DNA of 62,639 nucleotides, the filler included. It is 8 parts of 8 records of this genome, joined end to end, with 100 filler letters (N's around TTAATTAATTAA, not from the genome) between each part and the next. Parts side by side here need not be neighbours in the genome. Positions count along the whole stretch, not along the records: positions 21,534 to 32,253 come from SRR31156797_22242; positions 32,354 to 38,501 come from SRR31156797_22246; 6 more parts are not named here. One strand, written 5' to 3'. The notes beneath the pieces were generated by a model that had not been told where the DNA came from, did not search any database, and saw only the letters and a program-made list of their open reading frames with translations. Both the position numbers and the translations under genes were made by a program. Below, in pieces: positions 27,717 through 37,615 of this stretch; the stretch's first letter is position 1, and the number at the start of each line of letters is the position of its first letter.

Positions 27717-30660
27717 TATCATTAAAAATAGAATAATAAATCTTCTGGACTCCTCAGCTAACTTTTTAGAAGGTATAGGAGTAATGGAAAAAGTAGATAT
27801 TAAGTACAGCAATGTTTATCTTTTAAGAAGAGATTTACTTGACTCAAAAGTAATGAAAGAGGTAATAGTTGTTCCTGATGATCTCATTCAAAATATAAGC
27901 GATTATGTTTCAAAGATCAAACAGGAAGATATTATACTAAAGGAATCGTCAATATTTTTTGTTGATTTATTTGGTGTTGATATTAATGATCCAATTAGAA
28001 TAGAGAAAAATATTAAGATATTAAATGCGAAAGAACTATGGAATCACCTATTTAAACTTTCTAAATACTTTGAAAATATTGAAACGGAGATTGGGATTGA
28101 AAGATTAAATTTAAAGTACCTCAATCAGTTGGCTGAAGAGATAATTGAATTAAATTACATTGGTGAGTCTGCAACAAGAGAAATCAATACTAATATTTCT
28201 GAATACTTATCAAATTGGGCTAAAGGAGATAATAATCAAAACGGCATATTTATTTTGGGTGAGCGTGGAGCTGGGAAAACATGGGCAATGAAAAAATTTG
28301 TAATTGATCAAAATTCTCTTCACTTAGAAAATGAATGGATAAATCCACCTGCAGTTTATGTAAACCTAAAGAACTTTGGAGAATTCCTTTATAATAATCA
28401 AGGTATTAAAAAGTCATTAGCATATTATATTTTTAAACATTATAATATTAGAAGTTATTCAGAATTGTATTTCATTAATTCGGCTATCTTGAATGGTCAT
28501 TTTATATTATTACTAGATGGACTCGATGAATTGATTAATACATATAATACAGAAGATGTATTATTACAGTATCATACGATTGCAAATTACTTATCCGCCA
28601 GTAGTAGGGTAATATTCTCAATGAGAAGCAGTAAGCTGCCACAATATAAATTTTTGCTAAATCATTTTACCAGACGAGAACCTAAAGAAGGATTGAAAAG
28701 AGAAAAAAGTAAACAATTCTTCTTACCTAATATTACATTTATTAAGCTTCTTCCACTTATCAATAATGAAATAAAAGACCTTTTAAAGAATAATTTGGCA
28801 CTTCTAAATAATCAGATTAATACAGAATCGAAAATATTAAATATTTTATCTAGTAAAAATTTCTTAGACACCCAATTAAAAGACTTAGCCAAAATTCCCA
28901 CTTGTGCTCAAAAAATAATAGATTATATTGACACTGGAATTGGAGATAATTTACGGGTTTTTGAACTGTCATTATTTTATCCATTATTAGTTTATAATAT
29001 TGAATCCAAAAGAGCGCAAACTGAGTATTTTATTAATGAAGAAATTAAAAGAATTGATCTACCCGAAAGAATTTCAATAATAAATCATATTGCCTGGCGA
29101 TTAATTGAAATTGGTGAAAAAGAATTTGATCCGGATATTATTGGCTATTCCTTTCTTGAGGTTCCTATAGAAGAATTTGAAGAGATATTAAATGACATCC
29201 GTTCACAAACAATTTTTGAATTAAGTGAAACAAGTAATCGAATTAGATTCAGGCTTTGTTCTATACAATACTATTTTGCAGCTAGATACATATTTTCTAA
29301 TTTGATTGATGCTAAAGATATAAATCTACAAGAAGGAATCAAACTCTTGGGCAGATACAACCTTACGATAAATGATAGAGTAAATATTCTTAACTTCTTA
29401 ATTTTATTTTTTGAAAAAGGTATATTAAAACCATGGATCGTAGATGAAGTGTATTTTAATATAGAGGATTTTAAGATTAATAGCAAAAAATACACTGCTA
29501 ATGTAGCTAATGATTTTAAAAATGAATTAATGAATTTTGCAAAAAATCCTGATATGACTTTTTCCCCTCATGCTAGGTTTTTGAAAACTAATATGATTAA
29601 AATTGCAAGAGATATTACAACAGTGAAAAATGACTTTATTAAGGAGTTCGATAATCAGTTAAAGACATGGGATAATATTGATATTCCGATCATGGATTAT
29701 CAGGGTGTATTAATAAAGAATGAGTCATTATCTTTTATTATTAGTTGCAGAGAAGTTACTCGCAATGATTTTAAATCCTTTCTGGAAAGCAATTATATAC
29801 CTAAACTAATATGTAAGAATAGTGATTCGGAATTTCCCAAATTGATAAAATTTGATTATCGCGAATTGAGAGATATTAAAAGCCATCCATTATCATGGTC
29901 CCATATTCATGGAAAAATTAAAGGTGGTCCTGATAATTTGTTACTAAAGTATTTTACTAATGATTATCACTTGTTTAAATGGATAAATGATGAATATAAT
30001 CCTGAAACTAATGATTACCCGGTTGTATGGATCAGTGGTTTTATAGCAACAATTTATTTAAATTGGTTAACATTAATAGAGCAAATTAAGAATAATAATA
30101 TTAAAATCACTTCACAAAATGATTTAGACAATTATTTAGATTCTAATAACATAGATTTCTTTTATAATATCGGTCTCAAGGAGATTCAGAAACCTTATTT
30201 AACAATAAATAAAAATAGTTTAGGATATAGACTTCCCACAAAAGAAGAATGGATGTTTGCAGCTAGAGCAAATGATAAAGGGTTTTATCCATGGGATAAA
30301 TACTTGAACAATAATTTACCAGAAGGTATTCAAAAAGAAAAGGTGAAGGAAATGGGAAGATTATTAAAAAGATATTTATTAGAGCCAACAACAGAAACAA
30401 AAAGTGCCATGTCAAGCCGTTGCAATGATTTTGGTTTATTTGATATGATTGGAAATGTAAGAGAATGGGCTGATGTTACTGATGATGAAAAAAATATCAA
30501 TCTTGACTATGTTGAAGGTAGTGTTATGGGAGCAACATTTGCGCTTGGAGAAGAATCTTTTTTATTCAATAACAAAGGAAGTAAATTACCATTTATCAAT
30601 ACAAATTTAGATGTAGGCTTTAGATGGGCACGGTCATTTTTGATTTCAAAAATTTATTAA
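27706..30660 (+). CDS. NACHT/STAND NTPase with C-terminal FGE-sulfatase (SUMF1/FGS) domain
   Basis: GERGAGKT, LLLDGLDE; C-terminal EVT..DF..FL, PVVWIS, YRLPTKEEW.FAAR, NDFGLFDMIGNVREW, VGFRWAR. Confidence 0.8.
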   Translation: MLNNIIKNRIINLLDSSANFLEGIGVMEKVDIKYSNVYLLRRDLLDSKVMKEVIVVPDDLIQNISDYVSKIKQEDIILKESSIFFVDLFGVDINDPIRIEKNIKILNAKELWNHLFKLSKYFENIETEIGIERLNLKYLNQLAEEIIELNYIGESATREINTNISEYLSNWAKGDNNQNGIFILGERGAGKTWAMKKFVIDQNSLHLENEWINPPAVYVNLKNFGEFLYNNQGIKKSLAYYIFKHYNIRSYSELYFINSAILNGHFILLLDGLDELINTYNTEDVLLQYHTIANYLSASSRVIFSMRSSKLPQYKFLLNHFTRREPKEGLKREKSKQFFLPNITFIKLLPLINNEIKDLLKNNLALLNNQINTESKILNILSSKNFLDTQLKDLAKIPTCAQKIIDYIDTGIGDNLRVFELSLFYPLLVYNIESKRAQTEYFINEEIKRIDLPERISIINHIAWRLIEIGEKEFDPDIIGYSFLEVPIEEFEEILNDIRSQTIFELSETSNRIRFRLCSIQYYFAARYIFSNLIDAKDINLQEGIKLLGRYNLTINDRVNILNFLILFFEKGILKPWIVDEVYFNIEDFKINSKKYTANVANDFKNELMNFAKNPDMTFSPHARFLKTNMIKIARDITTVKNDFIKEFDNQLKTWDNIDIPIMDYQGVLIKNESLSFIISCREVTRNDFKSFLESNYIPKLICKNSDSEFPKLIKFDYRELRDIKSHPLSWSHIHGKIKGGPDNLLLKYFTNDYHLFKWINDEYNPETNDYPVVWISGFIATIYLNWLTLIEQIKNNNIKITSQNDLDNYLDSNNIDFFYNIGLKEIQKPYLTINKNSLGYRLPTKEEWMFAARANDKGFYPWDKYLNNNLPEGIQKEKVKEMGRLLKRYLLEPTTETKSAMSSRCNDFGLFDMIGNVREWADVTDDEKNINLDYVEGSVMGATFALGEESFLFNNKGSKLPFINTNLDVGFRWARSFLISKIY

Positions 30661-30666
30661 AGGAAT

Positions 30667-32178
30667 ATGAATACATTAACACAAACTGAAGGCTATCTAT
30701 TCTTAGCCATTTTTGCAATCGTAATGATTGGATTAACCTGGCTTGTTTCAAGAAACAAAGCCTGGACAGGAAGTCAGATCGGTTTTTTAAAAGCAGGTTC
30801 AAATGTTCCCTGGGGAATTGGGGCATTTAGTATTGCCGCATCATGGATATGGGCACCTGCCTTATTTGTGAGTGTTCAGAAATCTTATGAACTGGGGCTT
30901 GCTGGTATGTTCTGGTTTACTATTCCAAATATTTTGGCATTGGTAATTTTTGCGTTTTTAGCACCAAAAATCAGAAAAAGGCTTCCCGGTGGCTACACAT
31001 TACCGGATTGGATCAGGTACAGATTTAAAGATGAAAGAATTCATAAGATTTATCTCTTCATTTATTTTTGGTACCAGATAATGGCAATCACGGTACAGGT
31101 CTTTGTAGGTGGACTACTTCTATCATTCTTAACAGGTATTTCGCTTAATATGGTGATGATATTATTAACTGCAATTGGACTATCTTATGCTCTAATCTCT
31201 GGTCTAAGGGCCTCTGTTGTAACTGATTTCTTACAGATGATCATGATATTCGGCGTTGGCATCATTATAATTCCATGGGCGGCCGCTGAAGGTGGAGGAT
31301 GGGAGGCCATTGCAAAAGGGTTTGGAGGATTACAGCATGTAAAAGGCATTTTTGATCCTGGAGTTGTATACTCGTTTGGTATTGTAACAACTATCGGGTT
31401 AATTGCGGGTTCAATTTCAGATCAGCAATACTGGCAAAGAAGTTTTGCAATTAAAAAGAATCAACTGGTAAAATCATTTGTTTGGGGAGGTATATTCTTT
31501 GGTATTGTTCCACTTGCATTATCAATATTAGGTTTCATGGGAGCCAATCCAGATTTGGGGGTTGCAGTGCCAAAAGATGTAAATCTACCAATGATTGGAG
31601 TAGCAGTGGTTGGAAAACTTTTACCAACCTGGGCAACAGTATTGTTTGTTATAATGCTAATGAGTGGTTTAAGTTCCACACTCGATTCGGGTTTCGCGGC
31701 AGGAGCTTCTTTGTGGGCGATTGACACGGTGCGATTATCAAAAAAGGAAAAGGAAATATTGAGGAAAGAACGATTAGAAAAAGAATTAACTAGCGAAGAA
31801 ATTATAATAAGGGAAGAACTCGATAAAAAAACCCCCAGAAGAGCAAGGCAAGCGATGATTGGATTAGCCATAATCGGTTTAATAGTAGCCTTTATTGTTG
31901 AATATGTACCGAATTTTACGTTGGATATTCTTTGGTGGATTTTTAATGCTATTGCATCTATGGCTGTTGTGCCAACAATACTAGGCCTGTTTTGGGATAA
32001 GTTATCAGTAAAAGGAGTTCTTCTAGGCTTTATTGGTTCATTCTTAGGAATAGTTGGCTTTATTTGGGGAAGTGCCATAGCAAATACGAATCTCATTGTA
32101 TTCTCAGCGATCTTTATCATTGCTATCAGTTTAATTATGAACTTGTCTTTTCCAGGTAAAGAAAATTTTACTGACTAA
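30667..32178 (+). CDS. sodium:solute symporter family protein (DUR3-like)
   Basis: Many TM helices; SIAASWIWAPALF, YALISGLRASVVTD, DQQYWQR, SGLSSTLDS. Confidence 0.85.
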   Translation: MNTLTQTEGYLFLAIFAIVMIGLTWLVSRNKAWTGSQIGFLKAGSNVPWGIGAFSIAASWIWAPALFVSVQKSYELGLAGMFWFTIPNILALVIFAFLAPKIRKRLPGGYTLPDWIRYRFKDERIHKIYLFIYFWYQIMAITVQVFVGGLLLSFLTGISLNMVMILLTAIGLSYALISGLRASVVTDFLQMIMIFGVGIIIIPWAAAEGGGWEAIAKGFGGLQHVKGIFDPGVVYSFGIVTTIGLIAGSISDQQYWQRSFAIKKNQLVKSFVWGGIFFGIVPLALSILGFMGANPDLGVAVPKDVNLPMIGVAVVGKLLPTWATVLFVIMLMSGLSSTLDSGFAAGASLWAIDTVRLSKKEKEILRKERLEKELTSEEIIIREELDKKTPRRARQAMIGLAIIGLIVAFIVEYVPNFTLDILWWIFNAIASMAVVPTILGLFWDKLSVKGVLLGFIGSFLGIVGFIWGSAIANTNLIVFSAIFIIAISLIMNLSFPGKENFTD

Positions 32179-32227
32179 TAGGTCCTGATGTTTTTAATTG
32201 GACAATCTGAATAAAGCCCAGCAGGTA

Positions 32228-32253
32228 ATCGAGTAGACGGCCGTGAGCCCTAA
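32228..32253 (-). mobile_element. 3' terminus (domain VI) of a group II intron inserted antisense into the attC-like site
   Basis: Minus strand reads TTAGGGCTCACGGCCGTCTACTCGAT/TACCTGC; CTACTCGAT is a typical IIC intron end and replaces the expected AC of the inverse core; only 26 bp visible. Confidence 0.6.
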
Positions 32254-32353
32254 NNNNNNNNNNNNNNNNNNNNNNNNNNNNNNNNNNNNNNNNNNNNTTA
32301 ATTAATTAANNNNNNNNNNNNNNNNNNNNNNNNNNNNNNNNNNNNNNNNNNNN
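32254..32353. other. artificial contig spacer
   Basis: N44-TTAATTAATTAA-N44. Confidence 0.98.
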
Positions 32354-32910
32354 GAAACGTTGAGACATCACAGTATATCGTTGACACACTTTTCGGGGCA
32401 CTTGGAGTTATGGCTGGGTCACAGGGTACCATGAACAACTTTACTTTCGGGAACAAGGAATTCCAGTACTATGAGACCATCTGCGGAGGAGCTGGAGCAG
32501 GAAACGGTTTTAATGGTACTGATGCTGTGCAGACACACATGACAAATTCAAGGATAACCGACCCAGAAGTGCTTGAGTGGAGATTCCCTGTAAGGCTAGA
32601 AGAGTTTTCCATCAGGCATGGCAGTGGTGGGAGAGGAGAATATAACGGAGGAGACGGGGTCATCAGGAAAATGCGGTTCCTCAGGAAAATGGAAGCGGCT
32701 ATCATTTCAGGCCACAGGAAATTCCCTCCAAAAGGCCTGAATGGAGGAGATGACGGCAAGACCGGACAAAATTACGTCATCAGAAGAGATGGTACTATTG
32801 AAAAACTTGAAGGAAAGGCCTTTGTAGAGATTGGAACTGAAGATGTATTTGTGGTGGAAACTCCCGGTGCAGGCGGTTTTGGAAAAACACATAAAGAAAG
32901 TGTTAAGTAA
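32354..32910 (+). CDS. hydantoinase B / 5-oxoprolinase C-terminal part, 5' truncated
   Basis: NVETSQ, QGTMNNFTFG, YYETICGGAGA, HMTNSRITDPE, ETPGAGGFG. Confidence 0.88.
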
Positions 32911-32976
32911 TGCTACTGATAAAGCATTGATATATTTGATAGTTATTTAGGAAAATGGATTACTGTAGACGAAAAT

Positions 32977-33435
32977 ATGAACCCAGCTAGCAAAACAAAG
33001 GAAGTTACTGTAAAAGGAGTATTTATGATCAACATCTTTGGCAAGGCTGTACCTGCCGTGATGCTTGAAGACGAAGAAGGACTCCTGATGCCGATCCATA
33101 TCGGACAGTCCGAGGCGCTGTCCATTAATTCTGTTATGAAAAATGAGACCATGCCAAGGCCTATGACACATGATCTTATTGTAAGTATACTGGAGAGACT
33201 GGATGCTGAAGTAGAAAGAGTACTGATAGATGAGAAAATAGACAATATTTACTACGCCAGGATGAGCCTGAAAAAGGATGGCACCAGTATGGAATTCGAT
33301 GCCAGACCCAGTGACTGCATTGCCATTGCCCTGAGAAACGATGCCTCAATCCTGATTAATGAGGAAGTTTTTACTGAGGATGCAATCAGCAAAGAAAATT
33401 TCCTGGGCTCCAAGGCAATTACAGGATTTGAATAG
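32977..33435 (+). CDS. bifunctional nuclease family (DUF151)
   Basis: PIHIGQSEA, PRPMTHDL, DARPSDCIAIA. Confidence 0.88.
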   Translation: MNPASKTKEVTVKGVFMINIFGKAVPAVMLEDEEGLLMPIHIGQSEALSINSVMKNETMPRPMTHDLIVSILERLDAEVERVLIDEKIDNIYYARMSLKKDGTSMEFDARPSDCIAIALRNDASILINEEVFTEDAISKENFLGSKAITGFE

Positions 33436-33481
33436 AAATAAATCGAAAAAATATATATAGTGTCAATCAGGACATTAAGCT

Positions 33482-34189
33482 ATGAGGCATCGGATATTTT
33501 ACAATCCTTTTTCTGCCTTTTTTACTTTTATACTTACTTTTGTACTGGCTATCAGTGTATCCATACTCTTTTTCGGAGTGGCAAGTACTGCTTTTGCTAA
33601 GATAGGTTTCTCATGGAATGATGCCCTTATCCTGCTCCTTGCCTCTCTAATCGGGAGCCATATCAATATCCCTCTGAGAAATATTGAATCCGAAATACCC
33701 ATCAGAGATCACAAATACGTGAAGATGTTCGGAGTCTCATACAGAGTTCCCTTTAAGAAAACCCACATCACCAGAACAACAGTAGCCATTAACGTAGGTG
33801 GAGCACTCATACCTATGATTGTCTCTTTCTACCTGCTGCTCCTTTTTCCCGGTGTTACAATCCCTGTTTTCTATGCAACAATAATGGTTGCCATTGTAAC
33901 AAAAGCCGTTGCAAGACCTGTAAAAGGTGTTGGCATCGTCTCTCCTGCACTGCTCCCGCCAATTGCCGCTGCACTGAGTTCTATTCTTGTTGTTTCCATA
34001 AGCAATGTACAGCATGAGATGATCTTCGCAGTAGCCTACATCAGCGGCACTCTGGGAACCCTGATAGGAGCCGATCTGCTGAACATGCGCTCGATCACGA
34101 AGCTGGGCGCACCTGTTGTGAGTATTGGCGGCGCGGGGACTTTTGATGGGGTGTTTTTGGCTGGGGTTATTGCGGTGTTGTTGGTTTGA
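33482..34189 (+). CDS. DUF1614 membrane protein
   Basis: GSHINIP, INVGGALIP, GTLIGADL, SIGGAGTFDGVFL. Confidence 0.85.
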   Translation: MRHRIFYNPFSAFFTFILTFVLAISVSILFFGVASTAFAKIGFSWNDALILLLASLIGSHINIPLRNIESEIPIRDHKYVKMFGVSYRVPFKKTHITRTTVAINVGGALIPMIVSFYLLLLFPGVTIPVFYATIMVAIVTKAVARPVKGVGIVSPALLPPIAAALSSILVVSISNVQHEMIFAVAYISGTLGTLIGADLLNMRSITKLGAPVVSIGGAGTFDGVFLAGVIAVLLV

Positions 34190-34289
34190 GGGAATATTGA
34201 GTTGGACTACTGACAAATCATCATAAACTATTGAGTCAAGTGAAACAAATATATACGACTTCACAATAATATATCTAACGACTTTTTAG

Positions 34290-36374
34290 ATGTTTGGTGA
34301 GAAATTGGGCAATATTTATGATGAAGTTAAAGATAACCATTTGATAATGAATCCTGCAGAAGAGGAGTTTTTGAAACCTTTTTTAAATGGATTTGATATT
34401 ACTTGGGCAAAGATTAACCGCGCTTACAATACAGATCTTTCATTGTATATCATTAAACCTGCTCGGCATATGGAAGATGGATATGGATTTTCACGTGAAA
34501 TATTATTGGTTTACTCGCAATACCCTAACATGGAACCACGGACCATCCAAGCAGCAGAATCTGTTTTGTCATCGTATCCCGTAAAAGGTCGTGTTGAAAA
34601 TTTCAACTTTTTCTTAGTTTCAGAAGACAAAAATGTCAGAGATTGGATTAACAAATACATATCAGAGCATCCAGAATCCCGCATTATTGTTGCTTTTTCA
34701 GCAGAAGAACTTAGGGCAAACCAGGGAGATGGATATTATATCCGCAAAATAATTGACCAATATTTATATGGACGAGATTTGTTTGATTTTCGATTACCTT
34801 TAGAAAGTGATTACTATTTTTTTGGTCGAAAAGACATTGTTGCAAGCATCATTGCTTCAATATCAAAAAACGAAAACAAAGGGCTTTTTGGCCTAAGAAA
34901 AACTGGAAAAACATCCATATTATACAAAATTGAGCGATACGTAAAAAACAATAATATGGGATATTTTCTATATTACGATTGTAAAAGTCCAGCAATAAGA
35001 AAGCTCAGATGGAATCAATTACTTGAAAAGGTTTGTAGAGATATTTCTAATAAATTTAACATCCCACTAAACAAAAACTTTGATGAAATTGGCATCGTAG
35101 AAACATTCGGGGATTTAATAGAGCAAAGCAAAGAAAGAGGAAAAGTAATATTAGTATTCGATGAAATTGAGTATATTTCTCCAAAAGCAATTGAAGATAC
35201 TCATTGGGAAAAAGATTTTATTGATTTTTGGCAAACTTTTTGGGCAGTCCAAAGTCGACATAGAAATGTATCCGCAATTATCGTTGGTGTAAATCCATAT
35301 CCTCTAGAAATTGATGTAATAGATGGAATCCAAAATCCTCTTTTTGGAATTGTATCTAATACATATTTGAGAGGACTAGAATTTGAGGATATGAAGTTGA
35401 TGATTAAAACCCTTGGTAAAAAAATGGGCTTGAGATTTAATCCAAAAGCTTTAGAATACTTATATGACTGCTACGGAGGACATCCACTATTAACACGAAT
35501 TGCTTGTAGCTTTATTAACCAAAACATTACAGGAGATAAGCCATTTGAAGTTACGTATGAGTTTTTGATGAAAATGAAGGATGATTTAGACTCCCATTTA
35601 TTATTCTACTATGGACACGTAGTATATGAGCTGAAACAATTTTATAAAGATGAATATGACTTGCTAGAATTACTTGCAAGTGGACAAAAAATAAAATTTA
35701 TTGCTAATTCCAAACATCCACGAAGTACGAAGCACCTAGTAGAATATGGACTAATTAATTTTGATGATAAAGGTGTACCTTCATTTTCAATGCCTGTTAT
35801 TGGTAGATACGTTGGATTGGAATATATGAGACGTGAGAACAGAAAAACAATATATAAGCTGGTAGAAGAGAATAAAAGGAATTCCTGGCTACAAAACCGC
35901 ATTAAATCAATTATTTCTGATATGAAATTTTTGGAGCAGATTATTCACAAAAAAAATATGCCTTCATTATATGGGGTTAATTCGTTCCCAGAAGCAGACG
36001 AGTTATATCAATTAAGTGTGGTAACTGACAAAGCAAGTTACGGCGATTTTATAAATACTTGCAATCGTTGCTTTGTAGAATCAATTGAAAATTATGGAAA
36101 ATCACATGGCCATAGCAAATATTTTTGGAATGATGTTAAAAATAATTATCCATCATTATGGGATGCATTCTATAGAATAAAGTTATACAGACACGCATTT
36201 GTACATAGAGATTTGAAAGAAAAACCTAGTGACGATTTCTATGACTTCTTGAAAAAAGATTTAGAAGGACAAAAACCTGAAAATGTACCAGAATTGAATT
36301 TTTATATTCAGCAATGTGTACTTGATTCACTATTGGCAGGAATACAAATAGAAGTAAATAGATATTCTTCATAA
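34290..36374 (+). CDS. STAND-like ATPase with C-terminal HEPN-like RxxxxH motif
   Basis: FFGRKD, GLRKTGKTS, VFDEIE, GGHPLL; RHAFVH in the helical C-terminus; AT-rich relative to neighbours. Confidence 0.7.
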   Translation: MFGEKLGNIYDEVKDNHLIMNPAEEEFLKPFLNGFDITWAKINRAYNTDLSLYIIKPARHMEDGYGFSREILLVYSQYPNMEPRTIQAAESVLSSYPVKGRVENFNFFLVSEDKNVRDWINKYISEHPESRIIVAFSAEELRANQGDGYYIRKIIDQYLYGRDLFDFRLPLESDYYFFGRKDIVASIIASISKNENKGLFGLRKTGKTSILYKIERYVKNNNMGYFLYYDCKSPAIRKLRWNQLLEKVCRDISNKFNIPLNKNFDEIGIVETFGDLIEQSKERGKVILVFDEIEYISPKAIEDTHWEKDFIDFWQTFWAVQSRHRNVSAIIVGVNPYPLEIDVIDGIQNPLFGIVSNTYLRGLEFEDMKLMIKTLGKKMGLRFNPKALEYLYDCYGGHPLLTRIACSFINQNITGDKPFEVTYEFLMKMKDDLDSHLLFYYGHVVYELKQFYKDEYDLLELLASGQKIKFIANSKHPRSTKHLVEYGLINFDDKGVPSFSMPVIGRYVGLEYMRRENRKTIYKLVEENKRNSWLQNRIKSIISDMKFLEQIIHKKNMPSLYGVNSFPEADELYQLSVVTDKASYGDFINTCNRCFVESIENYGKSHGHSKYFWNDVKNNYPSLWDAFYRIKLYRHAFVHRDLKEKPSDDFYDFLKKDLEGQKPENVPELNFYIQQCVLDSLLAGIQIEVNRYSS

Positions 36375-36765
36375 ATAGGAGAGAGATATTCAGCACTGAT
36401 TATAATAATAAGTGTTTCGAAATATAGAATAGCAAATTTACTCACACCCTAGCCCAATTATCACTATATTTGTCGCTTCCATGCAGGAATGAAGCAAATT
36501 CGAAAGCTCAACCTTTTCAAATTGAAATATTTGCTCGCAATCGAGAATACCGTGGATTTAAAAATATATCGATGTTTACATACTTCCTGATTCAAACAAA
36601 TTAACTCAGGAGTTTTCCAATAATACTTCATATTGAAATTCATTTTGCTCCCACCCAACAACAAGAAGTATTAAATAAAAACTCGATATCTTCTTATCAA
36701 ACTAACATCTGCCGGCCAGCCCTGCAGACACCAATAATCAAATGCAGTGAAAGGGACAATATCAC

Positions 36766-37587
36766 ATGCTCACAAAAAGGATCATACCATGTCTTGATGT
36801 TACGCTCGATGAGGAAGGCGGAACCGTTGTCAAGGGAATAGAATTCGTGGACCTGAGAAAGGCAGGGGACCCTGTGGAACTCGCCAAGCAGTACAACAAA
36901 CAGGGTGCTGATGAACTCGTATTCCTGGACATAACCGCATCCCATGAAGGCAGGGATACCATGGTACACGTCATCGAAAGGACCGCAGACGAGGTATTCA
37001 TTCCCCTCACCGTGGGTGGAGGGATAAACTCCATCGAGGATATACGCCAGATACTCAGGGCAGGAGCGGACAAGGTATCCATAAACACGGCTGCTGTCAA
37101 GAATCCTGAACTTATCAGGGAAGCATCAGAGATATTCGGTGCCCAGTGCATAGTCACAGCCATTGACTGCAAAAGGAACCCTGATGTGAAGAACAAAACT
37201 GACAAGACCATCCTTGAACTTGAGGACGGAACTCCGGTGTGGTACGAGGTCGTCATCTACGGTGGCAGGCAACCAACCGGCCTGGATGCTGTCCAGTGGG
37301 CAAAGAAAGTCGAAGAACTCGGCTCCGGCGAGATACTGCTCACCAGCATGGACAGGGACGGAACCTATGACGGTTTCGATATACCTATCACAAAGAAGCT
37401 CTCCGAGGAACTTGAGATACCCATCATCGCATCAGGCGGCGTAGGCAATCCCGAACACATGTACGAGGGGTTCACCAATGGAAAGGCTGATGCAGCACTT
37501 GCAGCAAGCATATTCCACTTCGGCGAGTACACCGTGAAGGATGTCAAGGAAGATCTCAGAAAGAAGGACATCCCTGTAAGACTCTAA
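36766..37587 (+). CDS. hisF: imidazole glycerol phosphate synthase cyclase subunit
   Basis: [44 protein letters not shown]. Confidence 0.97.
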   Translation: MLTKRIIPCLDVTLDEEGGTVVKGIEFVDLRKAGDPVELAKQYNKQGADELVFLDITASHEGRDTMVHVIERTADEVFIPLTVGGGINSIEDIRQILRAGADKVSINTAAVKNPELIREASEIFGAQCIVTAIDCKRNPDVKNKTDKTILELEDGTPVWYEVVIYGGRQPTGLDAVQWAKKVEELGSGEILLTSMDRDGTYDGFDIPITKKLSEELEIPIIASGGVGNPEHMYEGFTNGKADAALAASIFHFGEYTVKDVKEDLRKKDIPVRL

Positions 37588-37615
37588 GCAATAACATCAA
37601 GAGAAGGCGAAGTCT

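Larger units (their letters stand above)
23243..32227 (+). mobile_element. integron-like cassette 2, ~9 kb, six-gene defence-like operon
   Basis: Starts GTTACCTGCAAGGCT (23243-23257) and ends AGCCCAGCAGGTA (32215-32227), its near-complement; intergenic gaps of a few bp leave no room for internal attC sites. Confidence 0.65.
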
